Source: an uncultured Candidatus Saccharibacteria bacterium
GTDB taxonomy: Bacteria > Patescibacteriota > Minisyncoccia > UBA6257 > WO2-44-18
Direction of reading: 5' to 3'
Length of the DNA: 64,000 nucleotides
NCBI GenBank assembly: GCA_964503795.1
Contig: CAZDBT010000001.1
Coordinates: 4,518-68,517, forward strand
Positions 41,457 through 48,790 of this stretch are shown here, in pieces. Numbering within the stretch: the first letter of the stretch is position 1; every line of letters starts with the position of its first letter. A model generated the notes under the pieces. The model was not told the DNA's origin. It searched no databases and worked only from the letters and a program-made list of their open reading frames with translations. The translations under genes were made by a program, and so were the position numbers.

Positions 41457-42623
41457 CTATACTATCTTAATTATAGCAGAAATCACGGAATCAATATCCT
41501 TCTTTGTGGTTTGTCTGCCCAGACTAAATCTTAAACTGCCTGAAGCGCGATCAGCCGAGAAGCCCATCGCCTCTAAGACGTAAGAGGCTTTGGAAACTCT
41601 GGTGGAGCAGGCGGCACCCGGAGAAACCGCGATTCCCACCAAATCAAGCCGGATCAGCAGGTCATGAGCCTTATGGCCGGGAAAATAAAGATTAAGATTA
41701 TTCGGCAATCTTTCGGTCATAGAGCCGTTCAACAGAACTCGCTTTTTCTCCAATGACTTTTGGATCTTGGCTAAGAAATAATTCCTTAATTCCGCAACCC
41801 GCTTCGACTCCCTGGTTCGCAAAACGCCGGCCAGCTCTACTGCCTTTGCAAAACCAACCATCAATGGAACGTTTTCCGTTCCGGAACGCAGACCGTTCTC
41901 CTGTTTACCGCCGGTAATCACCGGCTTCATCAACGGACTCACTGTCTTATTCACATAAAGAGCGCCGATCCCCTTCGGACCGTAGATCTTGTGGGCCGAT
42001 AGGGTCATCAGATCCACGCCCAACTTTTGGACGTTGCAATCCAAATATTGAAAGGATTGCGCCGCGTCGGTGTGAAAATACGGAAAGCTGGTTTTATTTT
42101 TAGAACGATGCCGTTGGATGATCTCGGAAATTTGCCTGATCGGTTGGATAACGCCGATCTCATTGTTGGCGTGCATCACCGAAACTAAAACAGCGCGGTC
42201 ATTGATCGCCGCCTCCAGCTTCACCAGATCGATCACGCCTTCTTTGTCCACCGGAATAATAATCGTTTCGGCCTCCGACTTCAGATCTGCGCAGGTATTT
42301 AAAACCGACTCATGCTCAATGGCAGAAATAATTATTCTTGGCTTTAAAGATCTCCGGCCAACCGACGCTCCCCCAACCAGACCACGGATCGCCAAATTAT
42401 TCGCCTCTGTCGCCGAGCCGGTAAAAATTATCTCTTCATAATCGGCGCCGATCGCCTTCGCGATCTTTTGGCGAGACTCAAAGACCGCCCGGGAGGCTTT
42501 TTGGCCGAAACGATGCAAAGCTTGAGCGTTACCATAGATATCGGTAAAGTACGGTCCCATAGCGGCCAGCACCTTCGGGTCAACCGGGGTTGAAGCTGCG
42601 TGATCCAAATAGATCTCTTTCAT
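41457..42623 (-). CDS. iscS: Cysteine desulfurase (IscS/NifS type)
   Basis: IYLDHAASTP, SAHKIYGPKG, RSGTENV, SPGAACS; start reassigned to MKEIYLD. Confidence 0.92.
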   Translation of the reverse strand: MKEIYLDHAASTPVDPKVLAAMGPYFTDIYGNAQALHRFGQKASRAVFESRQKIAKAIGADYEEIIFTGSATEANNLAIRGLVGGASVGRRSLKPRIIISAIEHESVLNTCADLKSEAETIIIPVDKEGVIDLVKLEAAINDRAVLVSVMHANNEIGVIQPIRQISEIIQRHRSKNKTSFPYFHTDAAQSFQYLDCNVQKLGVDLMTLSAHKIYGPKGIGALYVNKTVSPLMKPVITGGKQENGLRSGTENVPLMVGFAKAVELAGVLRTRESKRVAELRNYFLAKIQKSLEKKRVLLNGSMTERLPNNLNLYFPGHKAHDLLIRLDLVGIAVSPGAACSTRVSKASYVLEAMGFSADRASGSLRFSLGRQTTKKDIDSVISAIIKIV

Positions 42624-42699
42624 CCTCATGATCAAGTATATATAGTAGGACCAGTCGGACTTCTTTACAAATCCGGCTAAAAGGGCTAGTTTATAACCA

Positions 42700-43182
42700 A
42701 TGAATACTTTCTTCAACAGCAATTTAGGCGTCCAGCTTAGCGCCGAACAGGTCAGTCGGCATATTGTGGACTTCATGAAGGCCGACCCTTTCCGGGAATA
42801 TAAGATCACCATCGGCACCGATTCGGAAAAAGACTCCAATGATGAAGCTGATTTCGTCACCGCGATCGTTATTCATCGCGTGGGCAACGGCGCCCGATAC
42901 TTTTGGCGCCGGATCTCCGGAAAAACCAAATTCCATACTCTGCGCGACCGCATTACCCAGGAAGTTCTGATATCGCTGGATATAGCCAAAGAATTCCTTG
43001 AGGCTATCTCCAAGTTTGACGCGCCTAAATATGATTTTGAGATCCATTTGGATATCGGCCAGAACGGCGCGACCAAGGTGATGATCCAAGAACTAGTAGG
43101 AATGGTGCGCGCTCATAACTTTGAGGCCAAAACCAAACCGGACAGCTACGCCGCCACTAATGTCGCCGACAAACACGTATAA
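42700..43182 (+). CDS. RNase H-like YkuK (DUF458) family protein
   Basis: IGTDS, FVTAIVIHRVGNG, EIHLDIG, KPDSYAATNVADKH. Confidence 0.85.
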   Translation: MNTFFNSNLGVQLSAEQVSRHIVDFMKADPFREYKITIGTDSEKDSNDEADFVTAIVIHRVGNGARYFWRRISGKTKFHTLRDRITQEVLISLDIAKEFLEAISKFDAPKYDFEIHLDIGQNGATKVMIQELVGMVRAHNFEAKTKPDSYAATNVADKHV

Positions 43183-43220
43183 GACCTATTGGTCCGATAA
43201 GGCTTATAAAAAAATAATTT

Positions 43221-43787
43221 ATGGATAAACTCGTATTAGACATTGAGACCAAAAACAGCTTCGCCGACGTCGGCGGGCAACAGAACATCGACAAGCTCGA
43301 GGTTTCTTTTGTCGGAGTTTATTCCTACGACCAGAACAAATACTTGTCTTTTTTTGAAAAAGATCTGGATCAACTTGGGCCCCTGTTGCAAAAAACCGGC
43401 CTACTGATCGGCTTTAGCATGAACCGTTTCGATCTGCCGGTGCTGGAAAAGCATTGCAAGTTCAACCTTTTCGCTCTACCCCGACTGGATCTGCTCGACG
43501 AGATCGAATTGGCGCTCGGCCACCGCATCAGCTTGGATATACTTGCCAAGACTAACCTGGGTATCGGAAAAACCCATTCCACCGGCCTGGAGGCGATCCG
43601 TCTTTATAAAGAAGGGAGGTTTGATGAACTGGAACATTACTGCCTAAATGATGTGAAGATCACGAAAGAACTCTATGATCTGGCTAAAAAGCAGGGGCAT
43701 CTGATGGTGCCGAAAAAATATTCGGAAGAAGTAGTGAAAGCGCAATTTAATTGGAAGGAGGAGGTTCTGCCCGCTACGCTTTTCTAA
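43221..43787 (+). CDS. DEDD-type RNase H-like 3'-5' exonuclease domain protein
   Basis: VLDIETK, GF...RFDLP, YCLNDV. Confidence 0.8.
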   Translation: MDKLVLDIETKNSFADVGGQQNIDKLEVSFVGVYSYDQNKYLSFFEKDLDQLGPLLQKTGLLIGFSMNRFDLPVLEKHCKFNLFALPRLDLLDEIELALGHRISLDILAKTNLGIGKTHSTGLEAIRLYKEGRFDELEHYCLNDVKITKELYDLAKKQGHLMVPKKYSEEVVKAQFNWKEEVLPATLF

Positions 43788-43793
43788 AATAAA

Positions 43794-43817
43794 AGACCCC
43801 TCGTCGCCGAGGGGTCT
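43794..43817. terminator. Hairpin/terminator between convergent genes
   Basis: AGACCCCTCG-TCGC-CGAGGGGTCT. Confidence 0.65.
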
Positions 43818-43824
43818 AGTTTAC

Positions 43825-44292
43825 CTACTTGTCATCGCCATGACCATGATGGTCATCACTGTGATCATCGCCATTCTTATCGGGATCATCACCGTGTCCA
43901 TGGCCGTGCGGCGGCTTGCCATCACCGTCGCCAGGAGGCCCGGTCTGCGTCTGGCTCTGCGACTGATCCTGATTTTGAGTTTGACTCTGCGTTGCAGAGC
44001 TCGTAGAACTCGCTGAACTCGTCGAAGAGCTGGAACCGTCATTGTTGATCTTGATGTCATTCCGATACATTGAGGGCGGATTGACCACCGCCGGCGCGCC
44101 CGGATACTGATTGAACAGGGTGAGTGAAAGCCCGGCCTGCCAGTGCATTCCCCGCTCATAACTCGAATCGGTATTGCCGCTAAAACCTCCATACGGGGTT
44201 ACGCTCCAGCCGATACCTCCGCCTCCGCCCATACAACCCGAACAGAGAACCACAGAAAGAACGACCAGCACGACCGCCAGGAAACGACCCAT
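43825..44292 (-). CDS. Putative lipoprotein with Ser/Gln-rich linker and His/Asp-rich tail
   Basis: Signal peptide ending LCSG-C; RBS AGGAG; tail PPHGHGHGDD...DDHHGHGDDK. Confidence 0.65.
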   Translation of the reverse strand: MGRFLAVVLVVLSVVLCSGCMGGGGGIGWSVTPYGGFSGNTDSSYERGMHWQAGLSLTLFNQYPGAPAVVNPPSMYRNDIKINNDGSSSSTSSASSTSSATQSQTQNQDQSQSQTQTGPPGDGDGKPPHGHGHGDDPDKNGDDHSDDHHGHGDDK

Positions 44293-44358
44293 TGCTTTCT
44301 CCTTGAAAAGGGACCGTTGATATATTAGATTATTCTCTTACTTCTGTCAACCCCGTCA

Positions 44359-45291
44359 CTAAAACAAGCCGTAAAACCAAATGAGCTTTTTCAGCTCCGC
44401 GAGCCGCCGATCTAAAACTTTCTTATCCTGGGCTTCCATCACCAAACGCAATAAATTTTCCGTGTTGGAGGGACGCAACGCAAACCACCATCCGCCAGCT
44501 GGCGGACCGAATTCCATTTTCAATCCATCGATCTTGGAAACCCGCTCGGCGACCGAACTGTATTTTTTTTCTATCATCGCCATCACCCCTTCCTTATCTT
44601 TCACCTCAAAATTCAATTCTCCCGACCGATAAAATACCGGCAAACCGTCCAGCCAACCGGAGAGCCTCTGACCGGCAGCCTTCATTTCCGCTACCGCATT
44701 CATCAGATAAATAGCCGCCAAAATTCCTGAATCAAAATAAGAAGCGCCTAGCGGAAAATAATAATGGCCGGAAAATTCACCGCCGAAGTCGGCTTTTTTT
44801 ACTTTCATCGTATTTTTAATGAAATAGTGGCCCACCCGAGATTCGATCAGCTTCTTCTTGGCCTTTTTAAAAAGATCGGCGGCCAGATATCCCGCTAGGA
44901 TGTTAGTCACTACCGGTCCGTGGAAATTCTTGCTCAATAGATACAAGATGGCATCGGCCGGAACTACCCTGCCCAGATCATCAACAAAAAACGCCCGATC
45001 GCCATCCGCGTCAAAGATCGCTCCGAAATCCGCCTTGTTTTTGACAACCGTTTTTTGCAAATCGCCGATCGCCCCTTCCGCCAGCGGATTGGGTCCGTGC
45101 GCCGGGAAGTTGCCGTCCGGTTTTTCATTGATCAATACATACTTAATACCGGATACTGAATACTTAATACTAAAAAGTTTTTCCAGAACTTTTCCCGTCG
45201 TTCCATTAGAACAATCAAAAACCACGCTCACCGTTTCGGCCAATTTAACTTTGCTTTTTAAAAAATCGACGTAGGACTTTAAATAATCCAT
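44359..45291 (-). CDS. Phosphomannomutase/phosphoglucomutase, C-terminal part (domains 2-4)
   Basis: DCSNG, DGNFPAHGPNP, FDADGDR, GGEFSGHYYF, RPSNTE; lacks the catalytic TASH domain. Confidence 0.88.
   Translation of the reverse strand: MDYLKSYVDFLKSKVKLAETVSVVFDCSNGTTGKVLEKLFSIKYSVSGIKYVLINEKPDGNFPAHGPNPLAEGAIGDLQKTVVKNKADFGAIFDADGDRAFFVDDLGRVVPADAILYLLSKNFHGPVVTNILAGYLAADLFKKAKKKLIESRVGHYFIKNTMKVKKADFGGEFSGHYYFPLGASYFDSGILAAIYLMNAVAEMKAAGQRLSGWLDGLPVFYRSGELNFEVKDKEGVMAMIEKKYSSVAERVSKIDGLKMEFGPPAGGWWFALRPSNTENLLRLVMEAQDKKVLDRRLAELKKLIWFYGLF
44491..44506. repeat. 16-bp perfect palindrome inside CDS (copy 1)
   Basis: TCCGCCAGCTGGCGGA; a 19-nt identical copy lies at 46915-46933. Confidence 0.8.
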
Positions 45292-45328
45292 CTGTTCAGT
45301 TTACAAAAAACGGTCGGAATAAAAAATC

Positions 45329-45350
45329 CCCCGCTCTGACAAGAGCGGGG
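45329..45350. other. Stem-loop 10 nt downstream of DGR-target gene 1 (homing hairpin and/or terminator)
   Basis: CCCCGCTCT-GACA-AGAGCGGGG, followed by a U-tract on the - strand. Confidence 0.65.
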
Positions 45351-45360
45351 AAAAGACTCA

Positions 45361-46125
45361 CTAGCGGGGGAACTTCCGGGAGGCGGCGAGACCGAGGTAG
45401 GAATCGGAGGAGTCGCCGTCGTACCAGTAGTCGACGTGGAGCTGGCCCCCGTAGAAGAGGACGTAGACGCGGCCGCCGTCCGAGGAAAGGGACGAGCTAC
45501 GCACTCCGTCGTTCTTCTCCCAGGTGTAGAGCTTGGTACCGGTCATCATATGATAGATGACCATCAGCTGGGCTAGGACAACGGCGGGCGGGTTCTCTTC
45601 CTGATTGGAGAGAAGCGCCATCTGCTGGCTGTAGGTCTTGTTGGTGGAATTGGGCACCCGATCCTTACGGATCAGGTGCCAGCGGACTTCCGGACGCTCC
45701 GAGTGAGCGAACGAATGGCCGTTGTACCAGGCGTCGGAGTAGGAGTAGAAAAGCTTGTTTGGAGCCTTCTCGCGGGTCTCCAAAATGGAGAGCGGGAAGC
45801 TGGGGAAAAGAATGTGTGTGTCTTTGCATTCCCGAAGGACGGATTCACCGAACGGGATAGTCGCCAGCTTCAGCAGGTCGCTTGAGGAGTATTTCACTGT
45901 GAGCTTGGACATCACGTCGGACGGAAAGATGAAATTCTGTCCCATGATCATCCGAGCCGCTTCCTGCGCGAGACCTTCTCCGACCGGTTGGCTCTGCTCG
46001 AGCTGTTTCACTAACCCGGCAACCTTCTGAAAAAGCGATGAGGTCGAGCTGATCAGCTTCTCTGCTTCGTCCCGGACTTCCACCAGAGCTAGCTTCACTG
46101 CTTCGCTCTTTTCCGCGTCGGTCAT
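45361..46125 (-). CDS. Putative DGR target (variable) protein 1, CLec-like fold
   Basis: Paralog of 46939..47697; C-terminus SSDGGRVYV...LGLAASRKF has a VR-type substitution pattern. Confidence 0.75.
   Translation of the reverse strand: MTDAEKSEAVKLALVEVRDEAEKLISSTSSLFQKVAGLVKQLEQSQPVGEGLAQEAARMIMGQNFIFPSDVMSKLTVKYSSSDLLKLATIPFGESVLRECKDTHILFPSFPLSILETREKAPNKLFYSYSDAWYNGHSFAHSERPEVRWHLIRKDRVPNSTNKTYSQQMALLSNQEENPPAVVLAQLMVIYHMMTGTKLYTWEKNDGVRSSSLSSDGGRVYVLFYGGQLHVDYWYDGDSSDSYLGLAASRKFPR
45369..45486 (-). repeat. Putative DGR variable repeat VR1 with IMH-like end
   Basis: Aligns to 46947-47061 with 16 substitutions, all at codon positions 1-2, plus one codon indel; last 30 nt identical. Confidence 0.75.
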
Positions 46126-46246
46126 GGCTTATCTCCTAAAAATTGAGTTTTGAGTTTTTTATCCGCTCATTGCGGATGTTTTGAACTGCCGTAAATATAG
46201 CACACTTTAGGCTTATTTGTCAAGGGATCATCGGCGCCTCTTCGCT

Positions 46247-46480
46247 TTAGAAATTCAACCACTCTCCTTTCGGAATACCTGACTGCGCGATCATACCTTT
46301 TAAAGTTCGGGGTTTAAAAGTTTTCGATGAATGAAATGGGACGCAAACCTGCATCAATTTTCCCTCATAGACTCCAGTAAAAAAATGATGGCTTCCCTCC
46401 GTATGATTCAGGCGAAAACCGTGTTCTTTTAAAAACTCTGCGACGTCATGAAACGTCCAATTAAAAACCTTTCTAGGCAT
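46247..46480 (-). CDS. hicA: HicA family toxin (mRNA interferase)
   Basis: FLKEHGF....EGSH...VCVPFH....KPRTLKGMIAQSGI. Confidence 0.85.
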   Translation of the reverse strand: MPRKVFNWTFHDVAEFLKEHGFRLNHTEGSHHFFTGVYEGKLMQVCVPFHSSKTFKPRTLKGMIAQSGIPKGEWLNF

Positions 46481-46814
46481 GCACCAAGCTACGGTTACTC
46501 ATGCTGCCAAAAGTAAACACATTTGACGGCACCTCTTCTTTGTTAGACTTTTTTACCTCCAACGAGTCCCACAGATCTTCATATTCGGGATCAGTTTTTT
46601 GATTCAAGATATGATTGATTCTGGCTTTGGCTTTTTGGGCTGATTTTAAATACCCGCGGGTGGCTTCAAGTAAGAGGAAAAGAGCCTCATCTGGGGTATC
46701 CGCCGATTCAACAATATTGAACTCTAAACCCACTCCGTACCAAACACCCTCTTCGCGAAAGATTATATACCTCAATGACCCTTTTTGAAGAGTATTTTGA
46801 TTTAATTTAGTCAT
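46473..46814 (-). CDS. HicB-like antitoxin
   Basis: IIFREEGVWYGVGLEFNIVESADTPDEAL..L.EA partial RNase H fold pattern; overlaps the hicA start by 8 nt. Confidence 0.7.
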   Translation of the reverse strand: MTKLNQNTLQKGSLRYIIFREEGVWYGVGLEFNIVESADTPDEALFLLLEATRGYLKSAQKAKARINHILNQKTDPEYEDLWDSLEVKKSNKEEVPSNVFTFGSMSNRSLVHA

Positions 46815-46840
46815 TGTCTGTTAGAACTATTTTAACAAAA

Positions 46841-46871
46841 AATCCTCTTCGACGCAACGTCGGAGAGGATT
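46841..46871 (-). terminator. Intrinsic terminator downstream of DGR-target gene 2
   Basis: AATCCTCTTCGAC-GCAAC-GTCGGAGAGGATT with adjacent A-tract. Confidence 0.65.
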
Positions 46872-46915
46872 GAGGATCAAGGGGAACAAGGGGTCAAAAG
46901 CTTCATCGGGATCAA

Positions 46916-46931
46916 TCCGCCAGCTGGCGGA
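46916..46931. repeat. 16-bp perfect palindrome (copy 2) just downstream of the DGR-target gene 2 stop
   Basis: TCCGCCAGCTGGCGGA, 7 nt after the TGA. Confidence 0.8.
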
Positions 46932-46938
46932 CCAAAGC

Positions 46939-47697
46939 TCACTTCTGGAACTTCCGGGAGGCGGCGAGACCGAGGTCGGAATTGTAGTAGTCGCCGTTCC
47001 CGTCGCCGACGTCGAGCCGGCCCTCGTAGAAGCCGACGCCGACGCGGTCGCCGTCCGAGGACTTGGAGCAGGAGCGCGCGTAGACCGACTCGAACAACTT
47101 CTTGCCGGTCATCAGGAAATAGATGACCATCATCTGCACCAGCACAACCGCCGGCGGATTCTCTTCCTTGTCGGAAAGCAGAGCCAGCTGCTGATCGTAG
47201 GTCTTATTGGTGGAATTGGGCAGGTGGTCCTTGCGGATCAGATGCCAACGGACTTCCGGACGCTCGCTCTTGGCGAACTTCTCGGTGTTGTACCAGTCCT
47301 GTTCGTAGAACAGGCCGGAAGCTTTCGCCTTCGTCTCCAAGATGGAGAGGGGGAAGGTCGGGAAAAGGATGTGGTTGTCCCGAAGCTCTTGCAGGATTTC
47401 GGGGCTCCAGGGGATCTTCTCCAGCGACTTCAGCTCCTTGTCGGAGTATTTCACTCCAAGTTTGGCCATCACCTCGCCGGGAAGGATGCACTGATCGCCG
47501 AGGATCAGCTTGGCGCCGGACTGGTCGGAGGAATGACCACGACCACCGGAACGGATGAACTCCACCACTCTCTGCGCCAGGGCGTTGCCCTTGCTTTCGA
47601 TCACCGCCTGGGCTTCTTTCTGGCCCAGTCCGGCCGCTTCCAACTTCACCAGAAGCTCATGCTCGCTGTGAACGGAAAGCTCACGATGATTGCTCAT
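46939..47697 (-). CDS. Putative DGR target (variable) protein 2, CLec-like fold
   Basis: Paralog of 45361..46125 (shared ERPEVRWHLIRKD, PNSTNKTY, EENPPAVVL); ends LGLAASRKF. Confidence 0.75.
   Translation of the reverse strand: MSNHRELSVHSEHELLVKLEAAGLGQKEAQAVIESKGNALAQRVVEFIRSGGRGHSSDQSGAKLILGDQCILPGEVMAKLGVKYSDKELKSLEKIPWSPEILQELRDNHILFPTFPLSILETKAKASGLFYEQDWYNTEKFAKSERPEVRWHLIRKDHLPNSTNKTYDQQLALLSDKEENPPAVVLVQMMVIYFLMTGKKLFESVYARSCSKSSDGDRVGVGFYEGRLDVGDGNGDYYNSDLGLAASRKFQK
46947..47061 (-). repeat. Putative DGR variable repeat VR2 with IMH-like end
   Basis: See VR1; NNC-codon-rich. Confidence 0.75.
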
Positions 47698-47780
47698 CGC
47701 ACACTTCCTTTCTTGAAAAGAACTGTTGCTCGAGGCCCGAGCAGGCAGTCAAGCGAACGCTTGATTGCCTAAATTATAAT

Positions 47781-48173
47781 CTATTCCGCAGCTTTTGTCA
47801 ACAAGTCGAGAATTTCGGTTCCACTAATAATTTCGGCGCCTTTTTTCACCACCTTCAGACCGTTGAACTCCTTTGGCGCGTGCGAAGCGGTAACCATTAC
47901 TCCGCCAACCGCCTTCAATTCATTGGCCAGAAAATAAAACATCGGGGTGGTGCAAAGACCCGCCTCTTCAATAATAAAACCGCGATCCTGAAAAACTTCG
48001 CGAATCGCCTCATATATGGAAGGCGAACTCAAGCGTGCGTCGTAGCCAATAATGATCTTGCCCTGCTGGAAACGGTCGGCTAAGACTTCCGCGATCTGCC
48101 TGCCCGCCGCCTCGTTGATCTCATCCGGGTAGCGGCCGCGAATGTCGTAAGCCTTGAAGATCGCCCGGTTCAT
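47781..48173 (-). CDS. Phosphomannomutase/phosphoglucomutase, N-terminal domain 1
   Basis: IFKAYDIRG, GYDARLSS, TTPM, catalytic TASH..EFNGLK; ATGA overlap with the upstream HAD gene. Confidence 0.88.
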   Translation of the reverse strand: MNRAIFKAYDIRGRYPDEINEAAGRQIAEVLADRFQQGKIIIGYDARLSSPSIYEAIREVFQDRGFIIEEAGLCTTPMFYFLANELKAVGGVMVTASHAPKEFNGLKVVKKGAEIISGTEILDLLTKAAE

Positions 48174-48745
48174 AGAAGATGCGGCAGCAGTTCGCTCCAA
48201 GAACGAACTTGATGATCGACAAAAGACAATTTTCCGAATTTATGAAAACGATCGAACAATAACCGGGTGTTAACGTCAGTCAACTTTTCCAAAACGCTCG
48301 GCTGGTCATCCACGTAAAGATCAATGCCTAAACGAACGGCATGCTCATTTTTTTCTTCCGGCTCGCGCACAAAAAAAGCGTTCCGCTCGTTGAAATAAAT
48401 AGGCCAGATCCCGTGTTTTTCCAGAAGCCGGATCGCCATGCCGGGATTGTGACGGCGGGAGATCAGAAAAAAGGGCCGCCCGGAAGCTTTCACCCGCGCC
48501 AGACCCTCTTTGGCTCCGGTAACAGTCCCGGCTTCTAAAGCCAGAACCGGATCATCGTAAAGTAGCGGCCGCATCTTCGCCAAAATTCTCTCCGGCACGA
48601 TTGTTTCAATAAAATCAGCCGGAGTATCTTCCTCTTTCAGGGCAAAACCGAATTTTTTAGCCAGCAGGATCTTGTTTGCGGTGTTATCAATGATAACTCC
48701 GTCCATATCAAAACCAATTATTTTTGAGGTGGCTTTATTTGTCAT
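48170..48745 (-). CDS. HAD superfamily phosphatase (5'-nucleotidase-like)
   Basis: GFDMDGV, ISRR, K, YVDD motifs. Confidence 0.8.
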   Translation of the reverse strand: MTNKATSKIIGFDMDGVIIDNTANKILLAKKFGFALKEEDTPADFIETIVPERILAKMRPLLYDDPVLALEAGTVTGAKEGLARVKASGRPFFLISRRHNPGMAIRLLEKHGIWPIYFNERNAFFVREPEEKNEHAVRLGIDLYVDDQPSVLEKLTDVNTRLLFDRFHKFGKLSFVDHQVRSWSELLPHLL

Positions 48746-48790
48746 TTAACTTATATTATCCTTTAAAACAGCTGATTGAAAAGAGGCGAT

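Noticed and set aside
42624-42860. N-terminal extension of IscS
   Set aside because: Overlaps the divergent ykuK-like gene; homology begins at MKEIYLD
45361-47697. Complete DGR (RT, Avd, TR) in this window
   Set aside because: No ORF with RT motifs and no adenine-rich third copy of the repeat was seen; only targets are supported
46870-47772. 300-aa + strand ORF
   Set aside because: Antisense shadow of the GC3-rich target gene 2; no recognisable motifs
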